A stretch of DNA of 49,051 bases from Balamuthia mandrillaris (lineage: Eukaryota): contig JAVKOQ020000018.1 in the NCBI GenBank assembly GCA_031835245.2, forward strand, positions 310,001 to 359,051, written 5' to 3'. The notes under the pieces were generated by a model. That model saw only the letters and a list, made by a program, of their open reading frames with translations, had not been told where the DNA came from and did not search any database. Position numbers and translations under genes: made by a program. Positions 24,525-37,418 of this stretch are shown here, piece by piece (the first letter of the stretch is position 1; every line of letters starts with the position of its first letter).

Positions 24525-26381
24525 TCAGTCGTGGTATTTCCCATGCTTGTCGTCGTGTTTGTGGTGGTGATGCTTGAGCTTATTCCGAAGCACTCGCACG
24601 GCAGCTGGCTTTATCTGATTCATAGGTGATGGTCAGTGTGACAAACAAGAACAGAAGAATTAAGGGAAGCAGCAGCTTACAGTAGCATGAATGGGCAACG
24701 TGGTAAACAAGTCGCCATCACCTTGACAGGGAATGGGCTGATTTCCAGCTACCCGCACATCAATTGTGTACCTAGCCTGCAGGTATGTTATGTTGGAGTC
24801 ACGAGAGGGATGCTTCTTTACCAGCAAGTTGATGAGGGCGTGGGTGTATTCCATCCCAGAGGTTAGTCGAAACACGCAGACATCAACGATGCCGTCGTTG
24901 GGCTTGATGTGCTGACCCCACACGTAGCCAGGACCAAGCCCCACCGAAGCAGAGTTGGCCAGGACCACTTCTGAAGCGCAAAGAATATGTTCTACGCCGT
25001 CAACTGTGATGAAGAAGGTGGTAGGTTGATAACCGAAGAAGGCCTTCATGCCGCTCCATACGTAGGCAAAGACGCCCAACCTCTTCTTTGTACTAGACTT
25101 TGTTTTCTCAACGGTGACGGCGCCTACCCCAATGTCCACATGCAACAAAAAGTGGGTGCCGTTGATGTGTATTAAATCTGCCTCGATGAGCTCCATGTCG
25201 TCATTCATGTGGGCCAGCATACGGATGGCCTTCCTGGTGTTGAGGGGGATGCCCATTTCCTGGGCGATAGCATTGCCTGTGCCAAAGGGGATTATGCCCA
25301 TCGGAATCCTGGAACCAGCCATACCATCTAATGCCCACGATATCGTGCCATCCCCTCCCGCAATGAAGATGTAGTCATAGTAGCGGCAGTCCTCGTCTGG
25401 TTCAGGTGAACCCTCCTCAGGAGTACTGGTAGACGAGGCTGCCTCCGATGTTGGTCTTGAAGACGACATTTTCTCTTTTTCCTTTTCTTCTGCTTCCTCT
25501 TCTCCTACCAATTCCTCTCCTTCCATTTCATCCTCACCCTCATCCTCATCATCCTCCTCCTCCTGTTGCCGGGGTTGAGATGCTCGCTTTTCAACTTTGG
25601 CTTTTCGCATTTTTTCTTCTGCTTCTCTTGTTGAAGTGGTCTCTTCCGAAGGATCTACAGCAGAAGTTGCAACTGGTGATGATTCTGAGAGCGATGAAGA
25701 TGCAGATGACTCCAATTCAGGTTTCTCCTCCTCACTGCTATCGTCATGCCTCTTTCGCAACAACTTGAGTCGTCGTCTATGCTTATTGTGTTTACCTGCT
25801 TTGGAGGGACCTTTTTCAGCTTTGCGGCCATCCGCTTCTCTCTGTTCTTTGTTGCTATCTGTGGATGCTTTTCTCTGATGTTCTTCGTCTTCTTTTTCTG
25901 CTCGTGCTTTCTCTTGCTCCTCCTCCTCTGTTTCAAGACCAAGACTTTTAGGGTCAAACACCAGATACTCTTCCCACCGCTTCCTCTGTCTGGCTTGATG
26001 GAGAACAGAGACAAGATCCAACCGAGGCGTTCGAATTTCGAACAAGTCCCAGTGCCACTTCTTGCTGTCGAAATACCTCTTCATCAGCCGTTTCAGCTGC
26101 TTGATATCCGCGGAGCCAGAGAGGGCGTTGTAGACAATGAAAATGTTGCCTTGTTCCTTGACCAGAGGCGCCGTCTTGCCAGTGTCGCTGTCTTGGTCGC
26201 TCGGCTCCTCCCAATCGGGTTCTCTGTTGGCCGCCTCACAATTGCAGGAACTCCAAGGGGAACCCGGTGGGGAGAGACTGCCATCCTCCAGAGGTTCTTC
26301 TTCCTCGTCCTCCTCTTCTGCTTCTGGGACTATGTCGGAGAAGGGAGTGAACACAAAGTACTCGCTGTAGTCAGTGGTCAT
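24525..26381 (-). CDS. YegS/DgkB (Rv2252/BmrU)-type diacylglycerol/lipid kinase with large charged insertion
   Basis: Motifs IVYNALSG, IAGGDGT, GIIPFGTGNAIA, KKRLGVFAYV, NDGIVDV and QGDGD. A long first exon is followed by an intron near 24680 and a short last exon IKPAAVRVL...KYHD*, with stop at 24525-24527. Confidence 0.88.
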
Positions 26382-26501
26382 AATGGTTTTTTCTGGTTGT
26401 TCAAACGGGGGTAGGGGGTAGGCAAAAAAAACAAAGTAAGTCGTTCGTTATTGCTTTCTGATGCTCCTCACCATGACAGTGAGTGGGGGCGCGCTTTACA
26501 A

Positions 26502-26646
<145 letters not shown>

Positions 26647-27167
26647 GCGTGGATAGAGGTGGGTTACCCGTCTTGCTCTCTGACGTGGTGGCAGTTTTGT
26701 GTATTTTCATTACCCGCAGCATTTCTGTTTAGGTGTGCTCAAGGTTCCCCAAACCAGGTTCTGTTGGACTGTGTTGGAGACTGGAGAAAAAGGGGCAACA
26801 TGCCACCATGTTGTGCATTTTGGCCCCGGCCTGTCAGCGGCGGCCGTAAACCAGCGGTGTCTGCTTGTTGGCCGCTTCTTTCTGCCTCGCTTCTTCCGAT
26901 TTTCTTACTTTGTGCGGCCTACTTTCCTCTTCCCTCCGCCATGAGACATCATTTTCTTGGGGGGGGGGGCTCCCCCTCCCTTTCCTCCCCCCTCACATTT
27001 CATTGAAATCATCTCCCCATCTCCTTCCGCTTCTCGCAAGCAGATGAAGCAGGGGAGAGAAACGAGCGAGAGAGAAGTGTGGTAATAATTGAAACAGTGT
27101 AAATGTCTATTGAGGAGAAGGCCCAACGCCTACATTAAACTTGGTGATGGATTCAACGGTGAAAATG

Positions 27168-28623
27168 TTAAGGCTTTTCTTTGCTGTTGGAGGAATCGTC
27201 ACCAGAAGCAGCCGATGGTGTCTGCTGCCAAACCTTCTTCAAGTCTTGGGCGTAGACCTCAGGAATGGTGTTGATGACCCACACATCGTACATGCGCTCC
27301 GTGGGGCCGGTGTCGTTGGTGTAGATGCTGGAGGGGTACGGCCTAGAAAAGAACTTGAAATGAAGCCAAAAGTCCTCACGCTTGTCCCCGATTGGGCCAG
27401 AGAAAGAGGCCATGTTGAAGGAGCCAACGCCCAAGGCTTCATAACCGGCCAACACTTTGGTCATCGCGGCGGCCGCTTCCTCCACTTGCTTCTCGCTCAA
27501 GTCGGTAATAGAGCACACTCCCTGTTTGAGTTTCAGAGAGGAGGAAAAAAAGCGAGGGAGGGTTAGGATGTACAAGAGCAAAGAAAGCATGGAGATGGTG
27601 GCTGGGCAGAAGGGAGGGCAGAAAGGAAAAGGCGAGACGTAGGAGAGAGCACCGGAAAGTAAATGGCGACTTCATTGAAGCCGCGTGGTGCGAATGGAGT
27701 GAGAACGGTCAACTGCTCGTTCTTGGCCACGAACCTAACGTCAACACATCAGCACATGATACACCTCTTAAGAAAAGATAAAAGGAAGAATCCGCTCCCA
27801 TACTTAAGAAGGAAAAACAAACCTTTGGTCCAACTTCTCTTCAGTGGCGGCAAGGTCGGCGTAGTAGCTGCTCTTATGCTCGGCGGCATACTTGCTGGAA
27901 AGATCGAGCACGCGCTCCACCTCGGCGGTGGGCCTCTCCTCCACAAAGATTTGCATGTGGGGGTGAATGATGGAACCAGCGGAGGGAGGCATGTAGTTCC
28001 ACACCAAAGTAGGGTACCACCGGCCCGTCTCCGAGGTGAGGGTGGAGCTGACGGCGTTCATGAACTGCTGGGAGGCAAGCAGCGTGTCCTTGAGCTGCGT
28101 TTGGGTGAAGCCCAACAACGGCAAGTAGTGGGCGTTGCTCATGACAGCCACGGCATGGTTCTCTGCAAAAGGATGCAAGTTTGGGAAGATGACCGTCTCG
28201 CCCTGGTTACAAAACAAAAAGAAGGAGGAGTGCGTTCAGATTACGCTAAAACGTTTTTTGTTGCGGTAACGCAAAGTTGTTGTTGTGTGACGAGCAAGAC
28301 AGCAGCCGGTGGGGAGCTGCTGCTGCTGCTGCTGCTGCTGCTGCAGAACAAGTACGTACCCTAATGATGCGGCCATCGTCAGGGCCCAAGCTTTCGGGAA
28401 AACGAGGCACCTTCTCGAATATGACCTCGGGGAGGAAAGGGTCCCTGCTCTTGGCCTTTTCTACAATCTCCTGGAGGTTGCTGTCAATGCCGCCGGTGGA
28501 GGTGGGACGCGTGGCCCGTGAGGGGTTGATACGCGATTGCCCTCCCGTCAACGGGTCCACTCGGAATTGGACGTTGTTCTTTACTCTCATTTGAAAGTCC
28601 ACGGCATTGGCTTTAGCTTCCAT
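27168..28623 (-). CDS. Galactose-1-phosphate uridylyltransferase-like (GalT branch of the HIT superfamily)
   Basis: Four exons (28623-28360, 28202-27823, 27734-~27653, ~27521-27168). Motifs FRVDPLTG..SRINPSRATRP, FPNLHPF, WNYMPPSAGSIIHPHMQ (HxHxQ catalytic motif), TPFAPRGFNEV and PEVYAQDLK. Confidence 0.85.
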
Positions 28624-28853
28624 CCTTCTGTTTTGTTGTTGTTGTTGTTGTTGCAGGAACTGGTTTGCTTTGTGCGAGAAGGAGCACAGCTTATTTTTCT
28701 GCTATACTTTAATCGCAATTCAGGTAATCGTTGTTTCATTCCCGTGTCGTCCTGGAGTTTCTGTTTCATGTCGGCGTGAAGGTGATCACTTGCAAAACAC
28801 CAACAGAGCAGAGAAAGTAAGTACTGCAGTCGCTGGCCACTACTACCGTCGAA

Positions 28854-30526
28854 ATGTTGGTTGGCGGTGGCGGTGGACATGCGCATGCCTATGGCGCCCA
28901 CATGCTGTACGGCCGGAGAATTGCTGGCAGTGGCCTAATGCCTGCTGCTTTCCCTTTTGCGGGGAGGGTCGCTCCTCGCTTCTTTTTTCGAATCAAGGGA
29001 GTGCCGGCCATTCCCCAACGCTGTTATTTCTATGCCTCGCGCGTGCCGCTCAACGGTAGGCGGAGTATCAGAGCAACCACTGCCAGCACCGCTAGTTCTT
29101 CCAATTCTGGCGGTTGGGGCACTGAAGCGAAGAGAGAAGGGTGGGTCAAACTGACGCCCGAACAGATTGCCGAGTATGAACGTGCCCAAGAAGAAGCCAC
29201 TTTGCAACCACACAATGAACCTGAAGAGGGAGAAGAACAGGAGGAACAAGAAGAAGAAGAAGATGAGGAGGAGGAGGAGGAGGAAGAGGAAGACGAGGAG
29301 GAATGGAATAATTGGGAGGAAGACGAGGAGGAAGACGAGGAAGAGGAGGTGGAAGATGAAGAATGGGGAGTCCGCGATGACGAAGATGACAAAACAGAAG
29401 AGCAGAACGGCGACAAAGACAGTCTAACCGGCGAACAGGAGGAAATGCTAACAGCGAAGCATGAGTGGTCACCAGAGGATAGAGACATACCGCTTTTTGC
29501 GCGAAAAATCCGGCAACATCTGCGGAGACACAACCCAGAGGTCTTTCAAGAGATAGAAAGAATTGGAGAAGAAGCGGCACCCCAAACAGAAGACGAAGAG
29601 AAGGAGAAGGAGGGGGAGGAGGAGGAGGTTACCAAAACGCACAAGTTTTTCCAGCAGCACACTGTCTCCAAGAACGAAGCGGGCATGCGGTTGGATCGGT
29701 GGCTCAGAGAAAAATTCCCTGAACTTCCGCTCACTCTCTTCCAACGGCTTTTACGTAAGAAGAAGGTATCCCATCACATGCTCTTATTGCGCTTGTAGAT
29801 ACATGCGTCCATATGTACTTACATCACCTCACCACAGATCACTATCAACTCGGACTTTAGGATAGAGAAGTACGTGTACAAGCCCTACGAAGAAAACAAA
29901 GCACTAAAAGGGCACAAGGTAGAAGGATCGTATCACATCGCTCTGGGAGATGTTATCATCTTACCTTCCTCTTTGTTCTCCGAAGAGCTCCACCAACAAA
30001 AGTTGCGGGAAGGACAAGCCGCCAAACAAAACCGGGTGATGATTCCTCTGACCGAAGGAGAAATACAGTTAGTGAAAAGCTGGGTGCTTTACCAAGACGA
30101 TCGCATCATAGCCATCAACAAGCCTCCAGGATTACCAGTACAAGGAGGCACTGATATTACAGAGTACTACCTGGATCGCTTCCTTCCTGCATTGCAGGAT
30201 GATTACGAAGACCCCCCACGATTGGTGCACCGACTGGATAAAGAATGCAGCGGTGTGTTATTGCTTGGACGCACGAGAAAAGATGCAGACTATCTGGCTA
30301 AGCTCTTCCGAAACAAGAAGTTGCTGCGGAAGGAATATTGGGCAGTATGTGCTGGTGTACCTAATGCCAAGCAAGGGCGGTTAGCATCCCCTCCCTTCGT
30401 TTCTTGTTTTGTTTGGTTGTATTGCTTTGTCAACTTATTTTGCTTTCTACTCAGGCTGGAAACTCCACTAATTAAGGCTGGGAAGAAAATGATAGCCCTG
30501 GAGGCTATGGAAAGTATGTTGATCGC

Positions 30527-30563
<37 letters not shown>

Positions 30564-31166
30564 TCCACAGGTCTGTCTTACTGTTTTTTTTTATTTTTTA
30601 TTTTTTGTAATAAGAGGGAGCAAAGATGGCTGTCAGCCGATATAAACTGCTGGAGAGTGCTGGTCCGGAAGTATGATATCTGCACATCCCGCTGCATGCC
30701 AAGAGAGAACAAATGGAGTTTAATTGAGAAAATCCATACTAACAGCTACATTTTTACAGTTATCATTCCTGGCATTGTATCCGTGGACCGGGCGAAAGCA
30801 TCAGTTGAGGGTGCAATGCGCTTCAGTGCTGAAAACTCCGATTCTGGGAGATACCAAGTATGCTCACAACGATGAGGATAAGTTTTCAGTACGTATCTTA
30901 ATCATATCCGGCCATCTTTTGCTTCCTTTAATCGCAAACCAATGCGCACTGACTCCTCCCTTCCTCTTTGCAAGTTGATACTGGGCAAAATAGAGAAGCT
31001 GCACCTGCATTGCCGCTCCATTGAACTGCCTCACCCCCAAAAAAAGAACGTGCGTCTGCGGATATTCGCCTCGCCACCACCCCACATGATGCACACCTTA
31101 AAAGAGTTTGACTGGACAGAGGCAGTGCCGAAACAACTCTCCCTGCAGTCTCGTTTAGCCACCTAG
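28854..31166 (+). CDS. RluA/RluC-family RNA pseudouridine synthase with S4 domain, probably organelle-targeted
   Basis: Motifs MRLDRWLREKFP (S4), INKPPGLPVQGG, LVHRLDKECSG (catalytic Asp), TGRKHQLRVQ, PILGDTKY and LHLHCRSIELPHP across several exons. Arg-rich presequence-like N-terminus followed by an acidic tract. Confidence 0.92.
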
Positions 31167-31212
31167 AGCACTCCACCTACAACTCAAGCAGACAAAGTTT
31201 AAACTGGCTTTG

Positions 31213-31215
<3 letters not shown>

Positions 31216-31269
<54 letters not shown>

Positions 31270-31300
31270 ACACAACACACACACACACACACACACACAC

Positions 31301-31377
<77 letters not shown>
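31216..31377. repeat. (CA)n microsatellite, about 160 bp
   Basis: Long CA run with three short interruptions, intergenic. Confidence 0.97.
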
Positions 31378-31381
<4 letters not shown>

Positions 31382-32073
31382 CCCCACTCATTATTGGGGG
31401 TTTTCCTTTTTTCTTTTAGGTTTTGTTTTTTTAAAAAAAAGAAAGACAAGCACCTGATAAATTACGGTCGACACCTTAAATTTAAGGAAGGTACCTAACG
31501 GCAAACGGCAGGATCTCGTTTTATTTCTTTTAGGAGTTCAGAAAAGGTAGCGACGAGGACGGACCGAGTCCCACCCCCCCTTTGACCCCCCGCGATAATC
31601 ACCCCCTTCCCCTTTTTGCACCGTTTTGCCACCTTACCTTTGCGCCCCCTTCCTGTGCCCCTGAAACTATCTTCCGCCTATCAACCCACCTACCACCTAC
31701 CTCTCCGACAAAAAGACCACCTGCCTGCCTGTCTAGCTATTGCCTCAGCTGAACTGACTCTAAGGTAGCTCTTTGTTCTCCGTCGCCCATTTTGCCTCAC
31801 AAAAATTGTTTTTTTGTTGTTGTTGTTCGTTTGGGAGGCGCACATTTGCCTTTTGTGTTAGTGTGGCCCACCTTTTTTTTTTAAAAAAAAACCGATTGGA
31901 GTGAGCAGGCAGCAGCATGTTTGCTGACTTTAACTCTCCCTTTTATCGTAGCAGAAAGACGCCAGAGGGAGTTAGGCCTTGTTCAGCTGCTAGAACCAGT
32001 TAGCGTTGGTTTTTTAATTTTTTTGCCCAAGATTACACTTCTTCAGCCCTGTTTCTCCAACCGACTTTTTCCG

Positions 32074-33894
32074 ATGGAAGAATCGGAAAGGATTGCCATG
32101 CTGGAAAATCCCTCTCCTGGCATAAGGAAGAGGAAACGTATCCCATTGACAAAGGAGCAGGTGAAGCATCTTTCTGTCTCATTGTTTCATGGTACCTAAA
32201 ACAGCATGCTTTGCTGACACCTTTGTTTCCTTTTGGCCCTGCACAACTATTTGCAGAGACAAGCACTGGAAGATGCCTTTCAAGAAAATAACTACGTTGC
32301 CAACAAAGAGAGAAGGAAGGCATTAGCGGCCAGGGTTGGATTAACTGAAGAGAAGATTCGTAAGTGGTTTGACAATCGTAGGATCAAGAAGCGCAAATAT
32401 GAAGGAGGAACATTCTATCCCGGAGTGGCGGACTATGACTACAAATCAGGCGAGCAGATGAGCAAATCTGGCAGTGAAAGAGAGGAACAAGAAAGCGTTG
32501 GGCGCCATACGGACAAGAATTCTCCCCTGAGCGATGGAACCGCCGGCGGCCCTCGTTCAGGAGGTTACGCACGAAAGCATCACGGCAAGCACCACACTGA
32601 TCAATTTCATTCGCATCCCTCCGATTTGCCTTCATCTCGAATGGGCATGTCCGAAGAAGATGACGTTGGAAGGGAAGAAGAGCAAGAAGAAAAGGAACGA
32701 GGAGTGAGGACCCGAAATTCCGTCCGGTCAATGCCCTTAGAGCAACCCCACCCATCAACACACTCCCCCCAACACCATCCATACCATCATCACCATCATC
32801 ATCACAACACACACCCCCATCATCGGTCTGATGAAGAGATGCCTGTGTCCGGTAGCGCTGAGGATCGAGTAGGAGGGCCTTCGTCTATTGGCGTTGGAGA
32901 TGGAGCTCACCCCTCTGCTGAAGAGGAGGAGCCTTGCAAGTCTCGCTACCTCGCACCCGCAGTACCGAAAACAAGACCTTATGAAAGTCGTGATTCCTGT
33001 GACTTTGACAACCTGGGTTCCGACGATCCAAAGAAAAAGAAGAAATCAATGGATAAGCACCGATTACAGTCTTTCTTGGATTGGGTGAAGAAGAGGAAGG
33101 CCAAAAAGAATGACGGAGTTCCGGATGAAGAGGGTTACGAAGCTTTTGAGAAGGAATTCATGCGACTATGGGCAGCTCTCCGTTATGACGGGGAGGTCAG
33201 CCTTTTCCAAGGGGACGGCCACCTTATCAGCGCCAACATCGAAATTGTAAATTTTAGTTTCCTGCTTGACGATGGTGATGCTAATAGGGACGGAGAGCTA
33301 CACTCTGGACGGGATCTCCTCGAGGAGGACGAAGGAGAACCTGTTGAAGTGGGCTTGGAAGTGGACGGAGGGTTAAGCCGAGAGGGAAGCATAATATACG
33401 ACCCCCAAAACAGTAGTCTCGGTCCTGGCGATGCCCCAGAAGACTTGGGTCTGAATCAAGAAGGCGACGAGAACGATGGAGGCGAAGTTCGGCACCAGGA
33501 GGAGGAGGAAGAGCGGGATGAAAGCGGCGACCAAGAGGAAGGCGAAGAACAGGAACTAGACCTTCCGCCCGAACGAGGACAGCTAGAAGAAGAAGAAGAG
33601 ATGGATGGTGACGAGCAGGAAACAGGAGATTACACGAGATCTCAAGAACAACTGGATGAATATCATCACCATCAGCAGCAAGAAGACGAAGAAGAGGAGG
33701 AGCATTTTGATGAAGGAGAGGACAGAGGAAACCAGAACGACATGCAAGAACATGCTGTGGCAGCGCTAGCTGCAGCAGCAGTAGAGGCAAGTAGTGAGGA
33801 AGGCCTGTTTGGCAGTTTGCACATACCAAGACAGAAGAGAAGATTTTCCATTCGGTTTCACCACGATAGCAGAGTTATTGGAAGGTACCCATAC

Positions 33895-33928
<34 letters not shown>

Positions 33929-34359
33929 CATCATTCTTCTAACATTTGTCAAAAAAAACAAATCCCAGAATGGCAATTGGAACGCAAGTTGCATCGGAGA
34001 CAATGGTATTTGAATACAATGACCCGGACCAAGCACTGGGACTGGAGGAGCCAGGTTCCCGCCCTTCCATTGGCATTAAGGCGGAGAGCAGAGCGCCCGA
34101 TCCCGGCGCCTCTCTCGAGGGGTATGACAAGGAGTATGAACATCTGAACTCGTATTGGGCTTGGGGTGATCTCACCCAACTGGCCGAGTTTTTGGGCACA
34201 ACTATGAAGCCAACCGAACTCTTGGCCTTCCTATTTTTATGCGCGACCACGCCCTACCACTTTGAAGTTCCCTACTGGTTCAAGGTCTGCATGAATAGGT
34301 ACATGTTTGTGGATGAAACGGATACCGACTACTACTCCGAGCCAGATGAGTGGATCTAA
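32074..34359 (+). CDS. Homeodomain protein with acidic low-complexity regions and an unassigned C-terminal domain
   Basis: Exons 32074-32160, 32257-33884 and 33969-34359. RKRKRIPLTKEQ|RQALEDAFQENNYVANKERRKALAARVGLTEEKIRKWFDNRRIKKRK contains the helix-3 WFxNRR motif. Confidence 0.9.
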
Positions 34360-34522
34360 GTACTGGCGCCATTTTCCCCGCTTTTTCCCCACCAGCCAAC
34401 CAACTAATCAACCAACAACCTGTAAGAGAAAAAGAGAGAGAAGGCAGAGCGCCATCCTCTTGTGTCATCCCAAAACAACAAAAAAGAAATCTTAGACCAA
34501 CCATATTACTTAAATTTTTTTG

Positions 34523-34850
34523 CTACTCATCCTGTTCTCGTGAAGGGGTGGAGGAGGAGGAAACTGCCGATTTGCTCTCTGTTTCCTCTTTGCGTTTCCG
34601 CCGTTTTGGCACAACTTTCTCCAAAACGAAGATGAAACAATCCAGCCCCCCGTTGTTAATGAAATGCTTGGAGCGGGTCTTCCAGCGATGCTTGTTCTTT
34701 TTTAAGATACTACAGAGTAGTCCTTTCATTGACGTTAGTAACACTGCCTTGCCACCTTCCACTAGTACTCTATTCATTTCCTTTAGTAGCAGCGGATATA
34801 GCTGCCGTGGTAATTGTACAGAGTAAGGGGATTGTGGTTTAGCCATGCAT

Positions 34851-34918
<68 letters not shown>

Positions 34919-35853
34919 AACCAGCATATTGCTAGATTTACTGCCATGCATCTTGCCAAAAGGAATGTCAGAAATGATAAGGTGGACGCTAGCTGAATTC
35001 AAGGGAAGGGCTGAGTTTGCACAAAAGGGCAAATGAGCGATAGTTGGATATTGCAGAGGAGACTGAACCAGTATGGCCTACCTGTTGCGTCCCAGCAAAA
35101 CAGTTCAGTAGGGGCTACCTTTGGGGCAGACGCGCTGGAGGCATTGAGAAATTTTACAGCCCGCTTAATTTGTTGGGGGTTGTTATCGCCACCAATGAAA
35201 TGAGCTTGCAGCCATTCTTGCCTGCCTTCCATCAGAATCTTCCCTACCAAATCATAACGCATACGAAAGTATGAGGAAAAAAGAGAAGTTTAATTTGTTC
35301 TCTGTTTGCAAAAAAAAAACAAACCTGATCCACACATAGGATCAACCACTATCATGCTTTGCTGGATGTTAGCAGCTCTTCACATAGTGATTAAAGCAGT
35401 GTGGTTAGAAATTAAGTGGAAGTGAGGTTGACTATTTCTTTACCTACACATACAGTATGCAATGGAAGCCCGTAGGGCTGGACCACCTGCCTTTTGAGCA
35501 TACTCTCGTTTCGATAAACTCTCTCTCTAAATATTGTAAATAAAAAGCAACACAGCAAACACAATAACATTGAGCCTACCTGCAGTGGCAAACCAATAGC
35601 AAATAACTCATCCGTGACATTGACGAACACCTCCAGGTCAAAGTTGGTCAGATCCACCTTCCAATTGAACTTCTGTGGTTGTATTCCAATTGTTACCACA
35701 AAGAGGAAGAGAGAGAGAGAGAGAGAGAGAGAGAAGGGAAGATGTGACCTGCTGAAGGGCCTCACCAATGCAGCCTGCTATGTATTGGGACGAATGAGTC
35801 TTTGTTTTGATGCCACTGCGCTGCCAGTTGATGGATTGTTAAAATGGTATTTT

Positions 35854-35892
<39 letters not shown>

Positions 35893-36564
35893 TGTACTGT
35901 GTACTGTTATAACATGAGAGCATACCCTACACGTTACACGGAAGCTGATATCATGCATGTTGAGGGGGCGGAGACGGCAGGGCTTGTTCTTTGTAGCTTC
36001 TTCTTCTTCTTCTTCTTCATAATCCTCGTCTTCCTGTAAAATATCTGGTAGTACCACGAAGGAGGTAGGAGAAGAGGAAGCGTACGCTGTTGATCAATAA
36101 AAGCCAGTCGGTCAAGCATTGCTGCCAAGCTATCTGCTCCGTGAGTTGGTTGAGGTAGGTGGAGGCAGCATGGGGTTCATCAGGTATGTCCGGCTTCCAT
36201 TCCTGCCTGAAGAGGACTGAAAGGAAGAACTTTTCCACCGAACGAATTTGTCGCTTCAGTGCAGTGGGAGGAAGGCGCGTCGCTTGGAGATAGATTTTGC
36301 CTTGGGAAGGCCGCACCCCTTCTACTCCCAGCTTTTGCTTAATCTCATCCAAAGCCCAACACTCCAACCCTGCACATGAAAAACGCAACAACTATTAGCG
36401 ACAGCATTCTCCTCTGGGGCGGTCCGGTAATTTGATGGGAGGCGGCAGCAAAATGCGGTGCAGCATAGTGTTCAGGGCATACCCGTTACCACTGTCGCAA
36501 AGTACGAGCGAACTGTCCTCCCTCCCTCCCGCTCTGCCTCCGCCTGCACCTGTGCCCCTTCCAT
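34523..36564 (-). CDS. THUMP-domain RNA (guanine-N2) methyltransferase (THUMPD2/THUMPD3/Trm14-like)
   Basis: Spliced motifs YFATVVTGLECWALDEIKQKLG, SFRVTC, FNWKVDLTNFDLEV, VDPMCGSGKILMEG (SAM-binding), IISDIPFGKMHG and EMNRVLVEGGKAVLLT. An alternative upstream ATG exists at 36735. Confidence 0.87.
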
Positions 36565-36860
36565 ATGCTTATAAAAGAGCAGAGGTTGCTGTTGTGGAGA
36601 CACTTGCTCTGCTTTCTTCTTTCTTCTTTCTTCGGCTTTCTCTCTTCGTTGGCGGCTGATGTCACCCCGCGAACCAAAGGTTGGTGGGGGGATTTGGAGC
36701 TCGTAGCATGCTGCTGGCCACACATTCTTCCTCATCCCGCCGGCCGCGGTGGGAAGGACGACTGATTAATTGCTAATAATTGGTTAACAGCTAAGCTATT
36801 TGCTGCTTGGCACCAAATTGCTAATAAACACAAAGCAAACAGCAACAAGCGGCAAGGCGA

Positions 36861-37418
36861 ATGCCACCCTTTTCGGCTCTTTGCTTGTGGTGTCTGTTTG
36901 TGCTGCTGTTGGTTGTGGTTGGGGCTGCCCCAGAGGGCTTAGCCAATAAGCAATGGTCTTATTTCAGGGTGAGGATGGCTTATGGGGGGCAGAACTTCGT
37001 GGTGGCCGCCAGCGACAAGCACCTTATCGCAGAGGCCCGAGCTGAACTTAAACAGAATAACCAAAGCAGCCATAGGTTGGTGGTTGGGAAGTTGGCTTTC
37101 GGCAATGGTTGCTTCAACAATTGCACCGGAGAGGGAAGGGCCAAGGGGAAGGGCCAATGCAAAGGCCTTAGCCAAAACGACAGCATGGCCTACAGCTGGC
37201 ACCTACTACCGGATGCTTGGAAGCTGTCTGACATGGCCACTGAAGTTTGCGATGGTCAACCGGACTTTGTGGAGGAATCCTTGGACTACTGGGTATGCAC
37301 CGTCAAGACCTACTGCCCCTGGAGCGGCTACTTGGTGCAGGAGCTAACGCCAGGTGCCACGTGGGGCCTCCCTTCTCAACCGTGTTCCCCTCTTCACCCT
37401 GATTGCCCTCCCTCTTGA
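36861..37418 (+). CDS. Small secreted protein with bacterial BP74-like domain
   Basis: Intronless, with signal peptide. FVVAASDKHLIAEARAEL...VVGKL...YSWHLLPD...DMATEVCDG.P.FVEE.LD....YCPWSGYLVQEL resembles, from memory, the bacterial BP74 N-terminal family pattern (WSWH...EVCD...CPW). Confidence 0.7.
   Translation: MPPFSALCLWCLFVLLLVVVGAAPEGLANKQWSYFRVRMAYGGQNFVVAASDKHLIAEARAELKQNNQSSHRLVVGKLAFGNGCFNNCTGEGRAKGKGQCKGLSQNDSMAYSWHLLPDAWKLSDMATEVCDGQPDFVEESLDYWVCTVKTYCPWSGYLVQELTPGATWGLPSQPCSPLHPDCPPS

Noticed and set aside
26796..26813. Perfect 7-bp hairpin CAACATG-CCAC-CATGTTG
   Set aside because: Too short; no tRNA, snoRNA or snRNA features in the flanks.
31177..31419. Cys-Val and His-Thr repeat ORFs
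   Set aside because: Translations of the (CA)n microsatellite.
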